DNA of 64,000 nucleotides from Longimicrobiales bacterium. GTDB lineage: Bacteria > Gemmatimonadota > Gemmatimonadetes > Longimicrobiales > Gaopeijiaceae. The position numbers and the translations under genes are program-made. Positions within the stretch are counted from its first letter, which is position 1, and each line of letters begins with the position of its first letter. The stretch lies in contig JAWLHJ010000001.1 in the NCBI GenBank assembly GCA_041690395.1, positions 832,001 through 896,000 of the forward strand, in the 5' to 3' direction. Under the pieces are notes generated by a model. It saw only the letters and a program-made list of their open reading frames with translations, was not told the DNA's origin and ran no database searches. Shown one piece after another: positions 16,632 to 25,858 of this stretch.

Positions 16632-18362
16632 GCTCCGCGGGTCGGGCGCGCCGATCCGCTCGCCGGTGGCCGGGTCGATGCCGATGGAGTTGGCCGACCC
16701 CTGCGTGCCGGTGACCTGCACCTCGTGCCCCATGTCCCGGAGCGCCTCCGCGACCTCGTCGGCGACGCCGTCCCCTTCGATCCGGATCCGGTCGGGGAGC
16801 CACTGGTGATGGATGCGCGGCGCCGCCACGGCCTCGCGGATGTCCATGTCGAAGTCGACGGTGTTGAGCACGAGTTGGAGCACGGTGTTGATGATGGTGC
16901 GTCCACCGGGTGAGCCGATCACCGCGACGAGCTCTCCGTCCCGTGCGACGATGGTCGGTGTCATGGACGAGAGCATGCGCTGACCGGGGCGGGCGAGGTT
17001 CGGCTTCGTGCCGATGAGGCCGCCCTCGGTCGTGAGGCCGGGCGCCGCGTTGAAATCGCCCATCTCGTTGTTCAGCAGGAAACCCGCGCCCGGGACGACG
17101 ATCTCCGAGCCGTACCCCTGCTCGAGCGTGTACGTCACGGACACCGCCATGCCGTCGGCGTCGACCACGGAGTAGTGGGTCGTCTCCGGGCTCTCGTACC
17201 CGATCTCCACGTCGGTCGGGTGAGACACGGACGCATGCGCGGGGTTCAGGTCGTGCCGGAGCCAGGCCGCATGCGCCTTGCTGGTCAGGGTGTGCAGGGG
17301 CACATCGACGTAGTCGGTGTCGGCGAGATGGGTCGCCCGATCGCGGAACGCTCTCCGCATGGCCTCGGCCACATGGTGGACGTAGGCGGCGCTGTTGTGC
17401 CCGATCGAACCCAGGTCGTACGCCTCGAGGATATTCAGCGCCGTGACGATCGCCACGCCGCCCGAGCTCGGCGGAGGCATGGAGATGATGTCGTAACCGC
17501 GGTACGTGCCGGTGATGGCCGTCCGCTCGTGCGCGTCGTACCGCTCGAGGTCCTCCTCGGTGATGATGCCGCCGCCGCGCCGCATCTCCTGCGCGATCAG
17601 CCGCGCCGTCTCGCCCCGGTAGAAGCCGTCGCGTCCCTCGTCCCGGATGCGCTCGAGCGAACCCGCGAGGTCCGGCTGGCGCAGGGTCTCCCCCGGCTCG
17701 TAGGGCGTGCCGTTCCTGCTGAATGCCGCGATGCTGGCCTCGTACGGCGTCCGACCGACGAAGTTGGCGAGGGAACGCGCGAGCGCGTCGCTCAGCTCGA
17801 AGCCGTCGCGTGCGAGGGTGACGGAAGGTTCCACGAGCGAGCTCCACTCGGCGCGACCATAGAGCCGATGGGCCTTGTCGAAGCCGGCCACGGTTCCGGG
17901 CACGCCCACCGCGAGGTGACTGTCGTGATGCCGCTCGTAGGAGTACTCCCCGTTCTCGTCGAGCCACATCTCCGGATGCGCGGCGCCGGGGGCCTCTTCA
18001 CGGAAGTCGAGGGTCGTGGACTCACCATTGGGGAAGCGGATGACCATGAACCCGCCCCCGCCGATGTTGCCGGCCGTGGGGTGCGTCACCGCGAGCGCGA
18101 ACCCGGTGGCGATGGCCGCGTCGACCGCGTTGCCGCCAGCCGCGAGCACGTCGGCGCCGACCTCGCTCGCGATCCACTGCTGCGCGCTGACGACGCCGCC
18201 GGTGGTCCGGACGGTCTCGGGTGCCTGGCCCGGCAGGGTCTGGGCGGCGAGCCCCGCCGGTGCGCCGCCCGTCGTGAGCGCCGACGTGAGCGGCTGCGCG
18301 AGGAGCGCCAGCGCGAGGAGGAGCGGTTGCATGAGCCGGAGTCGCGATCGGGCAGCGGACAT
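16602..18362 (-). CDS. ggt: Gamma-glutamyltransferase
   Basis: GGNAVDAA, GNIGGGGF, DFRE.AP, nucleophile ETTHYS, LNNEMGDF, SSMTP, GSPGG; signal peptide. Confidence 0.96.
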   Translation of the reverse strand: MSAARSRLRLMQPLLLALALLAQPLTSALTTGGAPAGLAAQTLPGQAPETVRTTGGVVSAQQWIASEVGADVLAAGGNAVDAAIATGFALAVTHPTAGNIGGGGFMVIRFPNGESTTLDFREEAPGAAHPEMWLDENGEYSYERHHDSHLAVGVPGTVAGFDKAHRLYGRAEWSSLVEPSVTLARDGFELSDALARSLANFVGRTPYEASIAAFSRNGTPYEPGETLRQPDLAGSLERIRDEGRDGFYRGETARLIAQEMRRGGGIITEEDLERYDAHERTAITGTYRGYDIISMPPPSSGGVAIVTALNILEAYDLGSIGHNSAAYVHHVAEAMRRAFRDRATHLADTDYVDVPLHTLTSKAHAAWLRHDLNPAHASVSHPTDVEIGYESPETTHYSVVDADGMAVSVTYTLEQGYGSEIVVPGAGFLLNNEMGDFNAAPGLTTEGGLIGTKPNLARPGQRMLSSMTPTIVARDGELVAVIGSPGGRTIINTVLQLVLNTVDFDMDIREAVAAPRIHHQWLPDRIRIEGDGVADEVAEALRDMGHEVQVTGTQGSANSIGIDPATGERIGAPDPRSPDAGARPGG

Positions 18363-18494
18363 GAATCCCCCGGGATGGCTGTGGTGGGTCGGTTCGGACG
18401 CGACAACATTCGGCCGAGGGGCCGGTCACGCCACCCGCGCGGCGATCGGGCATCGCTTGACAACGAGGGTCACGACCCGAATGTTGCGAAAAAA

Positions 18495-18510
18495 CAGACC
18501 AGTCGGTCTA
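18495..18510. promoter_or_regulatory. NemR-type operator CAGACC-AGTC-GGTCTA
   Basis: Palindrome 12 nt upstream of the TetR ATG; TTGACA at 18457-18462. Confidence 0.7.
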
Positions 18511-18522
18511 ACCAGGGCGCCC

Positions 18523-19113
18523 ATGCCGCACCCCACGAAATTAGAGTTGCTCGAGACCGGGTTGATCCTGCTCCTGGAGCACGGTTACAACGACCTCGGC
18601 ATCCAGAGCCTCCTCCGAGAGGCCGGGGTGCCGCGCGGCTCGTTCTACCATCACTTCGAGAGCAAGGAGGACTTCGCGCTCCAGGTGGTGGATCTCTACA
18701 TGGAACGCGTGCATCAGGCGCTGCGGGCGTGCGTGGCCGACGAGTCCCGCCCGCCTCTGGAGCGGGTGCGGGGCTTCTTCGAGATGACCATGGGCCAGTA
18801 CCGTCAGGACGGCTACCTCGGCTGCATGCTGGGTGGCCTCGGGCAGGAGCTCTCGGGCGTGAACGACGCGTTCCGCGAGAAGATCGACGGCTGTTTCAAC
18901 GAGATCGGGGGGATCCTGTCGGGCTGCCTCGAGGAGGCCTGCCGGGCGGGCGACCTGCCGGCCGATACCGACTGCGCCCACATGGCCGCGTTGCTAATCG
19001 ACTGCTGGGAGGGCGCGGCGCTGCGGAGTCGCCTGCGGCGGAGCCCGGCCCCCCTCGACGCGATGCTCGACTTCTACTTCGGGCGCGTGGGGCAGGGAGT
19101 CACGGCACCATGA
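18523..19113 (+). CDS. TetR-family repressor, NemR-like
   Basis: HGY...I..LL..AGVPRGSFYHHFESKEDF; GCMLG.LGQE (conserved Cys region); WEGAALR. Confidence 0.88.
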   Translation: MPHPTKLELLETGLILLLEHGYNDLGIQSLLREAGVPRGSFYHHFESKEDFALQVVDLYMERVHQALRACVADESRPPLERVRGFFEMTMGQYRQDGYLGCMLGGLGQELSGVNDAFREKIDGCFNEIGGILSGCLEEACRAGDLPADTDCAHMAALLIDCWEGAALRSRLRRSPAPLDAMLDFYFGRVGQGVTAP

Positions 19114-19177
19114 GCGGGACCCATACCGTGCGCCGCCCCGCTCTCCCGGCACTCGTCTTTTCGTTTTGTGCATGGAG

Positions 19178-19193
19178 TAGACCGACCGGTCTA
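19178..19193. promoter_or_regulatory. NemR-type operator TAGACC-GACC-GGTCTA
   Basis: Perfect palindrome 33 nt upstream of the globin ATG. Confidence 0.78.
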
Positions 19194-19226
19194 TTCGTTT
19201 CGTTCCCCAATCAGGAGGATCTCATC

Positions 19227-19604
19227 ATGGAGACTTCGACGCTCTACGAACGGCTGGGTGGCGCCGACGGCATCGATGCCATCGTCGACGACATCGTCGC
19301 GGCGCACATGGAGAACCCGCTGATCTCGGCCCGGTTCAGGCCGTACGCGGAAGACCGCGACCGGCTGAGCCAGATCAAGGAGCACCTCCGCACGTTCCTG
19401 GCCGCAGGGAGTGGCGGACCTGCCCATTACGCCGGGCGGAGCATGCCCGACGCGCACCGCGGCATGAACATCAGCGTGGCCGAGTACATGGCGGCGGTAG
19501 ACGACATCATGGCCGTTCTCGAGCGGAACGGCGTGGGCGAGTCGGCGCAGAAGGACGTGCTCGCGATCACCTATCAACTCAAGGAAGAGATCGTGCACGT
19601 CTGA
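19227..19604 (+). CDS. Group 1 truncated (2/2) haemoglobin
   Basis: AGGAGG RBS; TLYERLGG..GI, GGP..Y.GRSM..AH.GMNI. Confidence 0.9.
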   Translation: METSTLYERLGGADGIDAIVDDIVAAHMENPLISARFRPYAEDRDRLSQIKEHLRTFLAAGSGGPAHYAGRSMPDAHRGMNISVAEYMAAVDDIMAVLERNGVGESAQKDVLAITYQLKEEIVHV

Positions 19605-19713
19605 CGGTGACGCGGCCCCGGGGGGTGCCCACGGGTCGACGAGCGCTCATGTTGCGGGGTGGGTCCGGGCGTCTGCCCGGGCGAAGAACGACTCACGCAA
19701 ACGGGATGTCACC

Positions 19714-20271
19714 ATGAGCGGACCCATCGATGCACGTGCCGTATCCGACATCATGCACACCGATCTCGTGACGGTCGAAGCGAGCATGACCCTCCGGGAG
19801 GCCGTCGAAGTGCTCCGGGGCGCCGGCGTCAGTGGCGCCCCGGTTCTCCGGGGGAGCCGACTCGTGGGCGTCCTTTCGGGCACCGACATCCTCGAGTTGG
19901 AGGCCATCTCACCGGCGGCGCCCCGCGAGGTGCCCGGGGCGTCGGACTGGTCCGAGGGAGAGAGCCGGCCCGACGAGGAGGAGGTGGAGAACCCCTCGGC
20001 CTTCTTCTACGCACGCAGGGAAGACGCCGACGCGCTCTGGACCCGCATGACGGCGTCCGACGGACCCGAGTGGGACCAGCTCGAACGACACACGGTCGGG
20101 GAGGTCATGTCGCCGGACCTCGTGACGGTGTCCTCCGTCACGACGCTTCCCGACGCGGCGCGACTCATGCTCGACCACCACATCCATCGGGTTCTCGTGG
20201 TCGATGGTGACGACCTGGTCGGCGTGGTGAGCGCCTTCGACTTCGTGAGGGTGGTGGCCGAAACGGACTGA
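19714..20271 (+). CDS. CBS-domain pair protein
   Basis: VSDIM...SGAPV...LVGVLS.TD; VGEVM...IHRVLVVD...LVGVVS..D. Confidence 0.88.
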   Translation: MSGPIDARAVSDIMHTDLVTVEASMTLREAVEVLRGAGVSGAPVLRGSRLVGVLSGTDILELEAISPAAPREVPGASDWSEGESRPDEEEVENPSAFFYARREDADALWTRMTASDGPEWDQLERHTVGEVMSPDLVTVSSVTTLPDAARLMLDHHIHRVLVVDGDDLVGVVSAFDFVRVVAETD

Positions 20272-20386
20272 GGGGGCGGGCGCGGCCGTCACGGCGGCCC
20301 CCCACCCGCTCTCGCCGATCGCCGGCGTCCCGCGTACGTTGACCCTCCCGCCGGGGATCGTCACCCGCAGCAGGAGAGAGCCAGCC

Positions 20387-22456
20387 ATGCTCACGCGCAC
20401 CGCCCTCCCGACTCCCGCCGCCCGGACCGTGCTCGCCACGTTCGCCGCCGTCGCCGCGTTCGTCGCGGCCCCGCCCGCCGCCCAGGCCCAGCAGGACGAC
20501 GTCCGCACCGTCTCGCTCGAGATGTATCTCGACCTCGAGAGCGTGTCGGATCCGCAGATCTCCCCGGACGGCGCCGAGATCGTCTACACGCGCGGCTGGG
20601 TCGACAAGATGAGCGACAGCCGCGAGTCGGCGGTCTGGATCATGAACGCCGACGGGACGCGCAACCGCTTCCTCGTCGAGGGATCCGGCCCGGTGTGGTC
20701 ACCGGACGGAACGCGGATCGCGTACACCGCGCCGGGCGAGCCGAGCGGCACGCAGATCTTCGTCCGCTGGATGGACGCGGAGGGCGCGACCAGCCAGATC
20801 ACGCGGCTCACCGAGAGCCCGAGCGGCATCCGGTGGTCGCCCGACGGTACGCGCCTCTCGTTCACCATGAACGTCGAAGCAGAGCCCGCGTTCACGGTGG
20901 ATCCGCCAGGCCGGCCCGATGGGGCGCGGTGGACGGAGGCGCCACGGGTCGTCACGCGCGCCGACTACCGACAGGACCGCGTCGGCTTCGTGGACGGGGC
21001 CTGGCGGCACGTCTTCGTGGTGCCGGCCGAGGGCGGGACGGCCCGCCAGCTCACCGACGGCGACTGGAACCACTCGACCGGCGAGTGGACCCCGGACGGC
21101 CGCGAGCTCGTGTTCAGCTCCCTCCGCACGGAAGACGCGGAGCTCTCCTGGCGCGAGTCCGAGGTGTACGCGGTGGACGTGGCCAGCGGCGAGATCCGTC
21201 AGCTCACCACGCGGCGCGGCCAGGACAGCGGCCCGATCCCGTCCCCGCGCGGTGATCTCATCGCCTACCGGGGATCGGACTTCCACGAGGACACGTACCG
21301 GAACTCGGGTGTCTGGGTGATGGGCCGCGACGGACAGAGCCCGCACCTGATCTCCGGGGACTTCGACAGGCAGATCAACGACATGCAGTGGGCGAAGGAC
21401 GGGAGCGGCCTCTACCTCACGGTGAGTAGCGAAGGTGCGCGTAATCTGCACTTCGCCTCGGTCGATGGCGGGGTGCGCCAGATCTCCACCGGCGATCATC
21501 TGCTCGCGCTGTCGTCGCTCACCGCGGACGGTCGGGCGGTCGGCACCTTCACGAGTCCCCATGTCCCGACGGACCTCGTCTCGTTCCGGCTCTCGGACCC
21601 GGACGGCACACGCACGCAGCTCACCCGCGTGAACGACGACGTCCTCGGCGACCTCACCTTCGGCGACGTCGAGGAGATCTGGTACGAGTCGGTCGACGAC
21701 TACCGCATCCAGGGGTGGATCATCAAGCCGCCGGACTTCGACCCGGGCCAGCGCTACCCGCTCATGCTCGCCATCCATGGCGGCCCGCACAGCATGTACC
21801 ATGTGGGCTTCAACTTCGGCTGGCAGGAGCACGCGGCGAACGGCTACGTCATCCTCTACACGAACCCGCGCGGGAGCACCGGCTACGGGAGCGCGTTCGC
21901 GAACGCCATCAAGAATGCGTATCCGGGCAAGGACTACGACGACCTCATGGCGGGCGTAGACGAGGTGCTGTCCCGCGGCTACATCGACGAGCAGAACATG
22001 TTCGTCTACGGATGCTCGGGCGGGGGCGTGCTGACGTCGTGGGTCGTGGGGCAGACCGACCGGTTCGCCGCGGCGTCGGCCAACTGTCCGGTCACGAACT
22101 GGCTCTCGTTCGTCGGGACCACCGACGGCATCGGCTGGTACCGGAACTTCGAGACCTTCCCTTGGGACGATCCGAGCGAGCACCTGAGGCGCTCGCCGCT
22201 CATGCACGTGGGCAACGTCACCACACCGACCATGCTGATGACCGGCGTGAACGATCTCCGCACCCCGATGCCGCAGACCGAGGAGTACTACGCAGCGCTC
22301 AAGGTGATGGGGGTGCCCACGGCCATGATCCGCTTCAACGACGAGTGGCACGGCACGTCGAGCAACCCGTCGAACTTCATGCGGACGCAGCTGTTCCTGA
22401 GGAAGTGGTTCGAGATGCACGCGCGGCCGCGGAGCATGACGGAGGACGGGTCGTAG
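20387..22456 (+). CDS. S9 family peptidase (acylaminoacyl/dipeptidyl peptidase), exported
   Basis: Signal peptide; PD40-like WSPDG repeats; IHGGP, NPRGSTGYG, GCSGG, D.RTP, EWHG. Confidence 0.92.
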   Translation: MLTRTALPTPAARTVLATFAAVAAFVAAPPAAQAQQDDVRTVSLEMYLDLESVSDPQISPDGAEIVYTRGWVDKMSDSRESAVWIMNADGTRNRFLVEGSGPVWSPDGTRIAYTAPGEPSGTQIFVRWMDAEGATSQITRLTESPSGIRWSPDGTRLSFTMNVEAEPAFTVDPPGRPDGARWTEAPRVVTRADYRQDRVGFVDGAWRHVFVVPAEGGTARQLTDGDWNHSTGEWTPDGRELVFSSLRTEDAELSWRESEVYAVDVASGEIRQLTTRRGQDSGPIPSPRGDLIAYRGSDFHEDTYRNSGVWVMGRDGQSPHLISGDFDRQINDMQWAKDGSGLYLTVSSEGARNLHFASVDGGVRQISTGDHLLALSSLTADGRAVGTFTSPHVPTDLVSFRLSDPDGTRTQLTRVNDDVLGDLTFGDVEEIWYESVDDYRIQGWIIKPPDFDPGQRYPLMLAIHGGPHSMYHVGFNFGWQEHAANGYVILYTNPRGSTGYGSAFANAIKNAYPGKDYDDLMAGVDEVLSRGYIDEQNMFVYGCSGGGVLTSWVVGQTDRFAAASANCPVTNWLSFVGTTDGIGWYRNFETFPWDDPSEHLRRSPLMHVGNVTTPTMLMTGVNDLRTPMPQTEEYYAALKVMGVPTAMIRFNDEWHGTSSNPSNFMRTQLFLRKWFEMHARPRSMTEDGS

Positions 22457-22544
22457 GGGCGAGCGTCGCGACGCAGTGCCCGGCCGCGGCGCGAGGAGCC
22501 TGGCTCGGCTGCCACACGAGTCTTTGTCCCGGTATCTTTCAGGC

Positions 22545-22751
22545 ATGGATCGACGAACCCGACTATCCGTTCGTGTCGGGTCTCTCGGCGACGAGGGACC
22601 CGACGAGGATGTGCTACTCCGGACGCCCGCGGAGCGGCTCGAGATGATGTGGCAGCTCGCCGCGGATGCGTGGGCCTTCAAGGGAGATGCCGAGGGTGCT
22701 GAATCCAGACTTCAAAGACATGTTGTCCGCGTTGTCCGAGGAGGGCGTTGA
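22545..22751 (+). CDS. Small protein, putative antitoxin partner of the downstream nucleotidyltransferase
   Basis: 68 aa 'TPAERLEMMWQL...RLQRHVVRVVR'; overlaps the next gene by 56 nt. Confidence 0.6.
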   Translation: MDRRTRLSVRVGSLGDEGPDEDVLLRTPAERLEMMWQLAADAWAFKGDAEGAESRLQRHVVRVVRGGR

Positions 22752-23148
22752 GTTCCTTCTCGTCGGAGCCTACGCGATGGCCGTGCACGGAATGCCTCGC
22801 GCCACCGGCGATCTCGACATCTGGATTCGCGCGACCAGGGACAACGCGGAGCGTCTGATGAGCGCGCTCGGCAGATTCGGAGCACCCCTAGAGTCCTTCG
22901 CCGTAGAGGACTTCTCTCGCCCGGACGTTGTCGTTCAGATCGGAGTCGCGCCCCGGCGATTGGACTTCCTCACGAGCATCGACGGTGTCGAGTTCGACGG
23001 CGCTTGGCTCGACAGAGCCGTGGTCCGAGTCGACGGGCTCGATGTGCCCGTCATCTCGCTCGCCGACCTGAAGGTGAACAAACGGGCGGTGGGGCGTCCG
23101 AGGGACCTGGCCGATGTCCAAGAGCTCGAGGCCCTCGACGACAGCTGA
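22696..23148 (+). CDS. Nucleotidyltransferase-fold protein (putative TA module component)
   Basis: GTG start (M)LNPDFKDML; VGAYAMAVHG.PRATGDLD; NKRAVGRPRDLAD. Confidence 0.8.
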   Translation: MLNPDFKDMLSALSEEGVEFLLVGAYAMAVHGMPRATGDLDIWIRATRDNAERLMSALGRFGAPLESFAVEDFSRPDVVVQIGVAPRRLDFLTSIDGVEFDGAWLDRAVVRVDGLDVPVISLADLKVNKRAVGRPRDLADVQELEALDDS

Positions 23149-23270
23149 TACGGAACAAGACGTCGGTCCTTTTCTTGCATGCTTCATGGGCGCGCGCCTA
23201 CCTTTCGGCGCGGTCGACGGGGCGCCACCATCCCCGATCCTATCCCTGATTTCCGTGGATTCATTCGAGC

Positions 23271-24887
23271 ATGTCGGACAGGCGCGAGGCATCCGCGAGG
23301 TCACCGGATGCGGGGAACGACCGGGGGGCGCCGGGACCGGGGTCCGACCGTAAGCGCGTGCTCCTGCTCGAGTGCCGTCTCGAACAGATGCAGGCTGCGC
23401 TCGCCACGGCTCGTGAGGAGGCCGACCACGTTCGCGGCAAGCTCGCCGAGGTCGCCGCGCGGGAGACCGAGCATGCTCGCCGTTTCTGCCTCGTCCACGA
23501 GGAGTTGGCCGAGGCACGCGCCGAGATCGCGGTGCTGCATCGGCACCTGGAGCGCTCGGAGGCCCTGCGGGCCGAGATCGCCGGACATCTCTTCGAGGGT
23601 GGCGTCGGCGAAGACACCGGGGAGCTCATCCGGCTTCGCCGAAAGGCGCTCGCGGAGGACCAGCGGGCGTTGATCAGCGACCGCACGGTGACACGATTGA
23701 GGGCACGGGTGGAGGAGCTCGTCGCGAGTCGGGAGACGCTGCTCACGCGGATCGCCGAGTGGCAACAGCTGATCCGGGAGGACGGCCCCGAAGCCGCCGA
23801 CCTTTCCGAGTTCCTGGCCGAGCTCCGCCGGGAGATCCTGGACCTGGAGCGTCGTGGGGCTTCCAGCGATGCCCGCGAGGCGAAGCTGCGGGAGCGCCTT
23901 GCGCTCGCGGGCATCGAGCTGGATGAGGAGGGCGAGCAGCGCGCGAGCACCCGGGACGAGCTCCCGGCCGTGGAGACGCAGTCGACGACCGCCGAGCCAC
24001 CCGTCGCGGAGACGGTGGCCGAGGAGCCGGCGCCCACAGAGGCCGGCAAGGAGCCGGCCCCCCCGGAGCCGGCCACCGCGGAGGCCGCCGATGAGCCGGT
24101 CGTCGCGGAGCCGGTCACCGTAGAGGCCGCCGATAAGCCGGCCGCCAACGAGCCGGCCACCGCAGACGTCACCGCCGAGCCGGTCGCCGCCGAGCCGGTC
24201 ACCGCCGCGCCGGTCACCGGCGAGCCTTCCGAGGCTGCGATCGCCGAGATCATGCTCCCCGAGCCTGAGCCAGCGACCGCCGACCCGGCCGAAGCCGCGA
24301 CCGCCGACCCGGACGAAGCCGCGACGACCGACGAGCCGACGGCGGAGGCCGAGCCCGCCGACGCTCCGGACGAGGCCGAGCCCGCCGCGGTCGAAGGCGC
24401 GCTCCCCGAATCGCGCGGCGCCCCTTCGGGACCGCCGACCGCGAGCCGGACCGATGCGCTGATCGCCGAGCTCCTCGACGCGCAGTTGCCGGAGCTCCGG
24501 GCCGACCTGCTGCTTCGGCTGGGCCGTACCGGAGACGTGGGCGCGGCGGACACCGTCCGGCCGTGGACGAGATCGTCCGAGCCGTCTGTGCGCGCCGCGG
24601 CCTACGAGGCGCTCGGCCGCCTCCTCGAGCGGGAGCCGGAAGCGCTGGAGCCGCACCTGCGCAACGGGCTCTCGGACACGGACGCGCGGGTACGCCGTCG
24701 CGTCGTGCTGGCCACGGCGACGGCCCGGGGGCTGGAGCCGCACGCGCTCCTCGACGGGCTGCGCGAGGATGCGGACCCGCAGGTGCGCCGTCTGGTCCGT
24801 CAGGTGCTCCGTCAGGCGCCGTCGGCGGACCTGTCGTCCGATGCCGTGGCTGGCCCTTCCGTTCCGAAACGATTTTCGAGGGTTTGA
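23271..24887 (+). CDS. pomY: PomY-like protein: coiled coil + acidic Ala/Glu/Pro low-complexity region + HEAT repeats
   Basis: N-terminal heptads; long EPA/TAE-rich linker; HEAT units 'EPSVRAAAYEALGRL', 'DTDARVRRRVV', 'DADPQVRRLV'; first gene of a Y-Z-X operon. Confidence 0.7.
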   Translation: MSDRREASARSPDAGNDRGAPGPGSDRKRVLLLECRLEQMQAALATAREEADHVRGKLAEVAARETEHARRFCLVHEELAEARAEIAVLHRHLERSEALRAEIAGHLFEGGVGEDTGELIRLRRKALAEDQRALISDRTVTRLRARVEELVASRETLLTRIAEWQQLIREDGPEAADLSEFLAELRREILDLERRGASSDAREAKLRERLALAGIELDEEGEQRASTRDELPAVETQSTTAEPPVAETVAEEPAPTEAGKEPAPPEPATAEAADEPVVAEPVTVEAADKPAANEPATADVTAEPVAAEPVTAAPVTGEPSEAAIAEIMLPEPEPATADPAEAATADPDEAATTDEPTAEAEPADAPDEAEPAAVEGALPESRGAPSGPPTASRTDALIAELLDAQLPELRADLLLRLGRTGDVGAADTVRPWTRSSEPSVRAAAYEALGRLLEREPEALEPHLRNGLSDTDARVRRRVVLATATARGLEPHALLDGLREDADPQVRRLVRQVLRQAPSADLSSDAVAGPSVPKRFSRV

Positions 24888-25858
24888 TGCACATCCGATA
24901 CCGCAGAGACCACTTCGCCCGGCTGCTGGGCCTGTCGGGAGAGCGGCTCACCGAGGCCGACGCGAGGCCCGAGCTTGCCGCCCTCGGAGGCGGAGGCACG
25001 CCCGACGAGTACGAGCCGAGGCAGCTCTCGGCGTACCGGAAGGCCCTCGGGCGCCGACCCTCGCGGCAGCCGCTTCGTCATCAGCTCTTTCTCAACTTCA
25101 AAGGTGGCACCGGCAAGACCAGCCTCTCCGTTTCGTACGCGTACCGGCTTGCGGAGATGGGACACCGGGTTCTTCTCGTGGATCTCGACTCCCAGGGGCA
25201 CGCGACCCAGCACATGGGCTTCCAGGGCGAAGAGTGCGAGCACACGCTCTACGACGTGCTGGTGCACCGGCTGCCGGCGTCGCAGGCCATCATCGACACC
25301 GAGCTCGAGGAGTTCGACCTCCTGCCGGCGAATCTCGGCATGAGCACGGTAGAGTTGGCGCTGATGCCGCTGGCAGGGCGTGAGTACCGCCTGAAGAAGG
25401 CGCTCGAGGAGGTGGCGGACCGCTACGAGTTCATCGTGATGGACGCGCCGCCGTCGTTCGGGCTCCTGAACCTGAACGCGCTGATCGCGGCCGACGACCT
25501 CTTCGTTCCGGTCCTCCCCGACTTCCTCTCGTTCCACGGGTTGAAGCTGCTCTTCGAGACGCTGAGCGGGCTCGAGGACGATCTGGACCACACGCTCCAG
25601 CGTATCTTCATCGTGCTCAACCAGTACAATCCGACGACCAGGATCGCGCGGGAGGCGAAGGGGGCGCTGGAGAGCCACTACCCCGAGTTCCTCCTCAAGA
25701 CGATCGTTCGGCAGTGCACGAAGTTCGCGCAGGCGTCGAGTGAAGGCCTGCCCATCTGCGCCTTCAATCCGAAGAGCAAGGGCGCGAAGGACACGAACTC
25801 CCTCATCAACGAAGTGATGCGCGCTCCGCTCGCCGGGGCGCAGGAGAAGAGCGCATGA
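24887..25858 (+). CDS. pomZ: PomZ-like ParA/MinD-family ATPase
   Basis: TGATG coupling. QLFLNFKGGTGKTSLS, DLDSQGHAT, DAPPSFGLLNLNAL, DFLSFHGLKLLFET and RQCTKFAQASSEG match M. xanthus PomZ as recalled. Confidence 0.88.
   Translation: MHIRYRRDHFARLLGLSGERLTEADARPELAALGGGGTPDEYEPRQLSAYRKALGRRPSRQPLRHQLFLNFKGGTGKTSLSVSYAYRLAEMGHRVLLVDLDSQGHATQHMGFQGEECEHTLYDVLVHRLPASQAIIDTELEEFDLLPANLGMSTVELALMPLAGREYRLKKALEEVADRYEFIVMDAPPSFGLLNLNALIAADDLFVPVLPDFLSFHGLKLLFETLSGLEDDLDHTLQRIFIVLNQYNPTTRIAREAKGALESHYPEFLLKTIVRQCTKFAQASSEGLPICAFNPKSKGAKDTNSLINEVMRAPLAGAQEKSA

Noticed and set aside
17175..19226. 809-aa ORF suggesting a large globin fusion
   Set aside because: The upstream part is antisense to ggt and off-frame through the TetR gene; the globin has its own AGGAGG RBS at 19227.
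24887..25858. Plasmid or chromosome partition parA
   Set aside because: No parB, parS or rep nearby; sequence and neighbours match PomZ.
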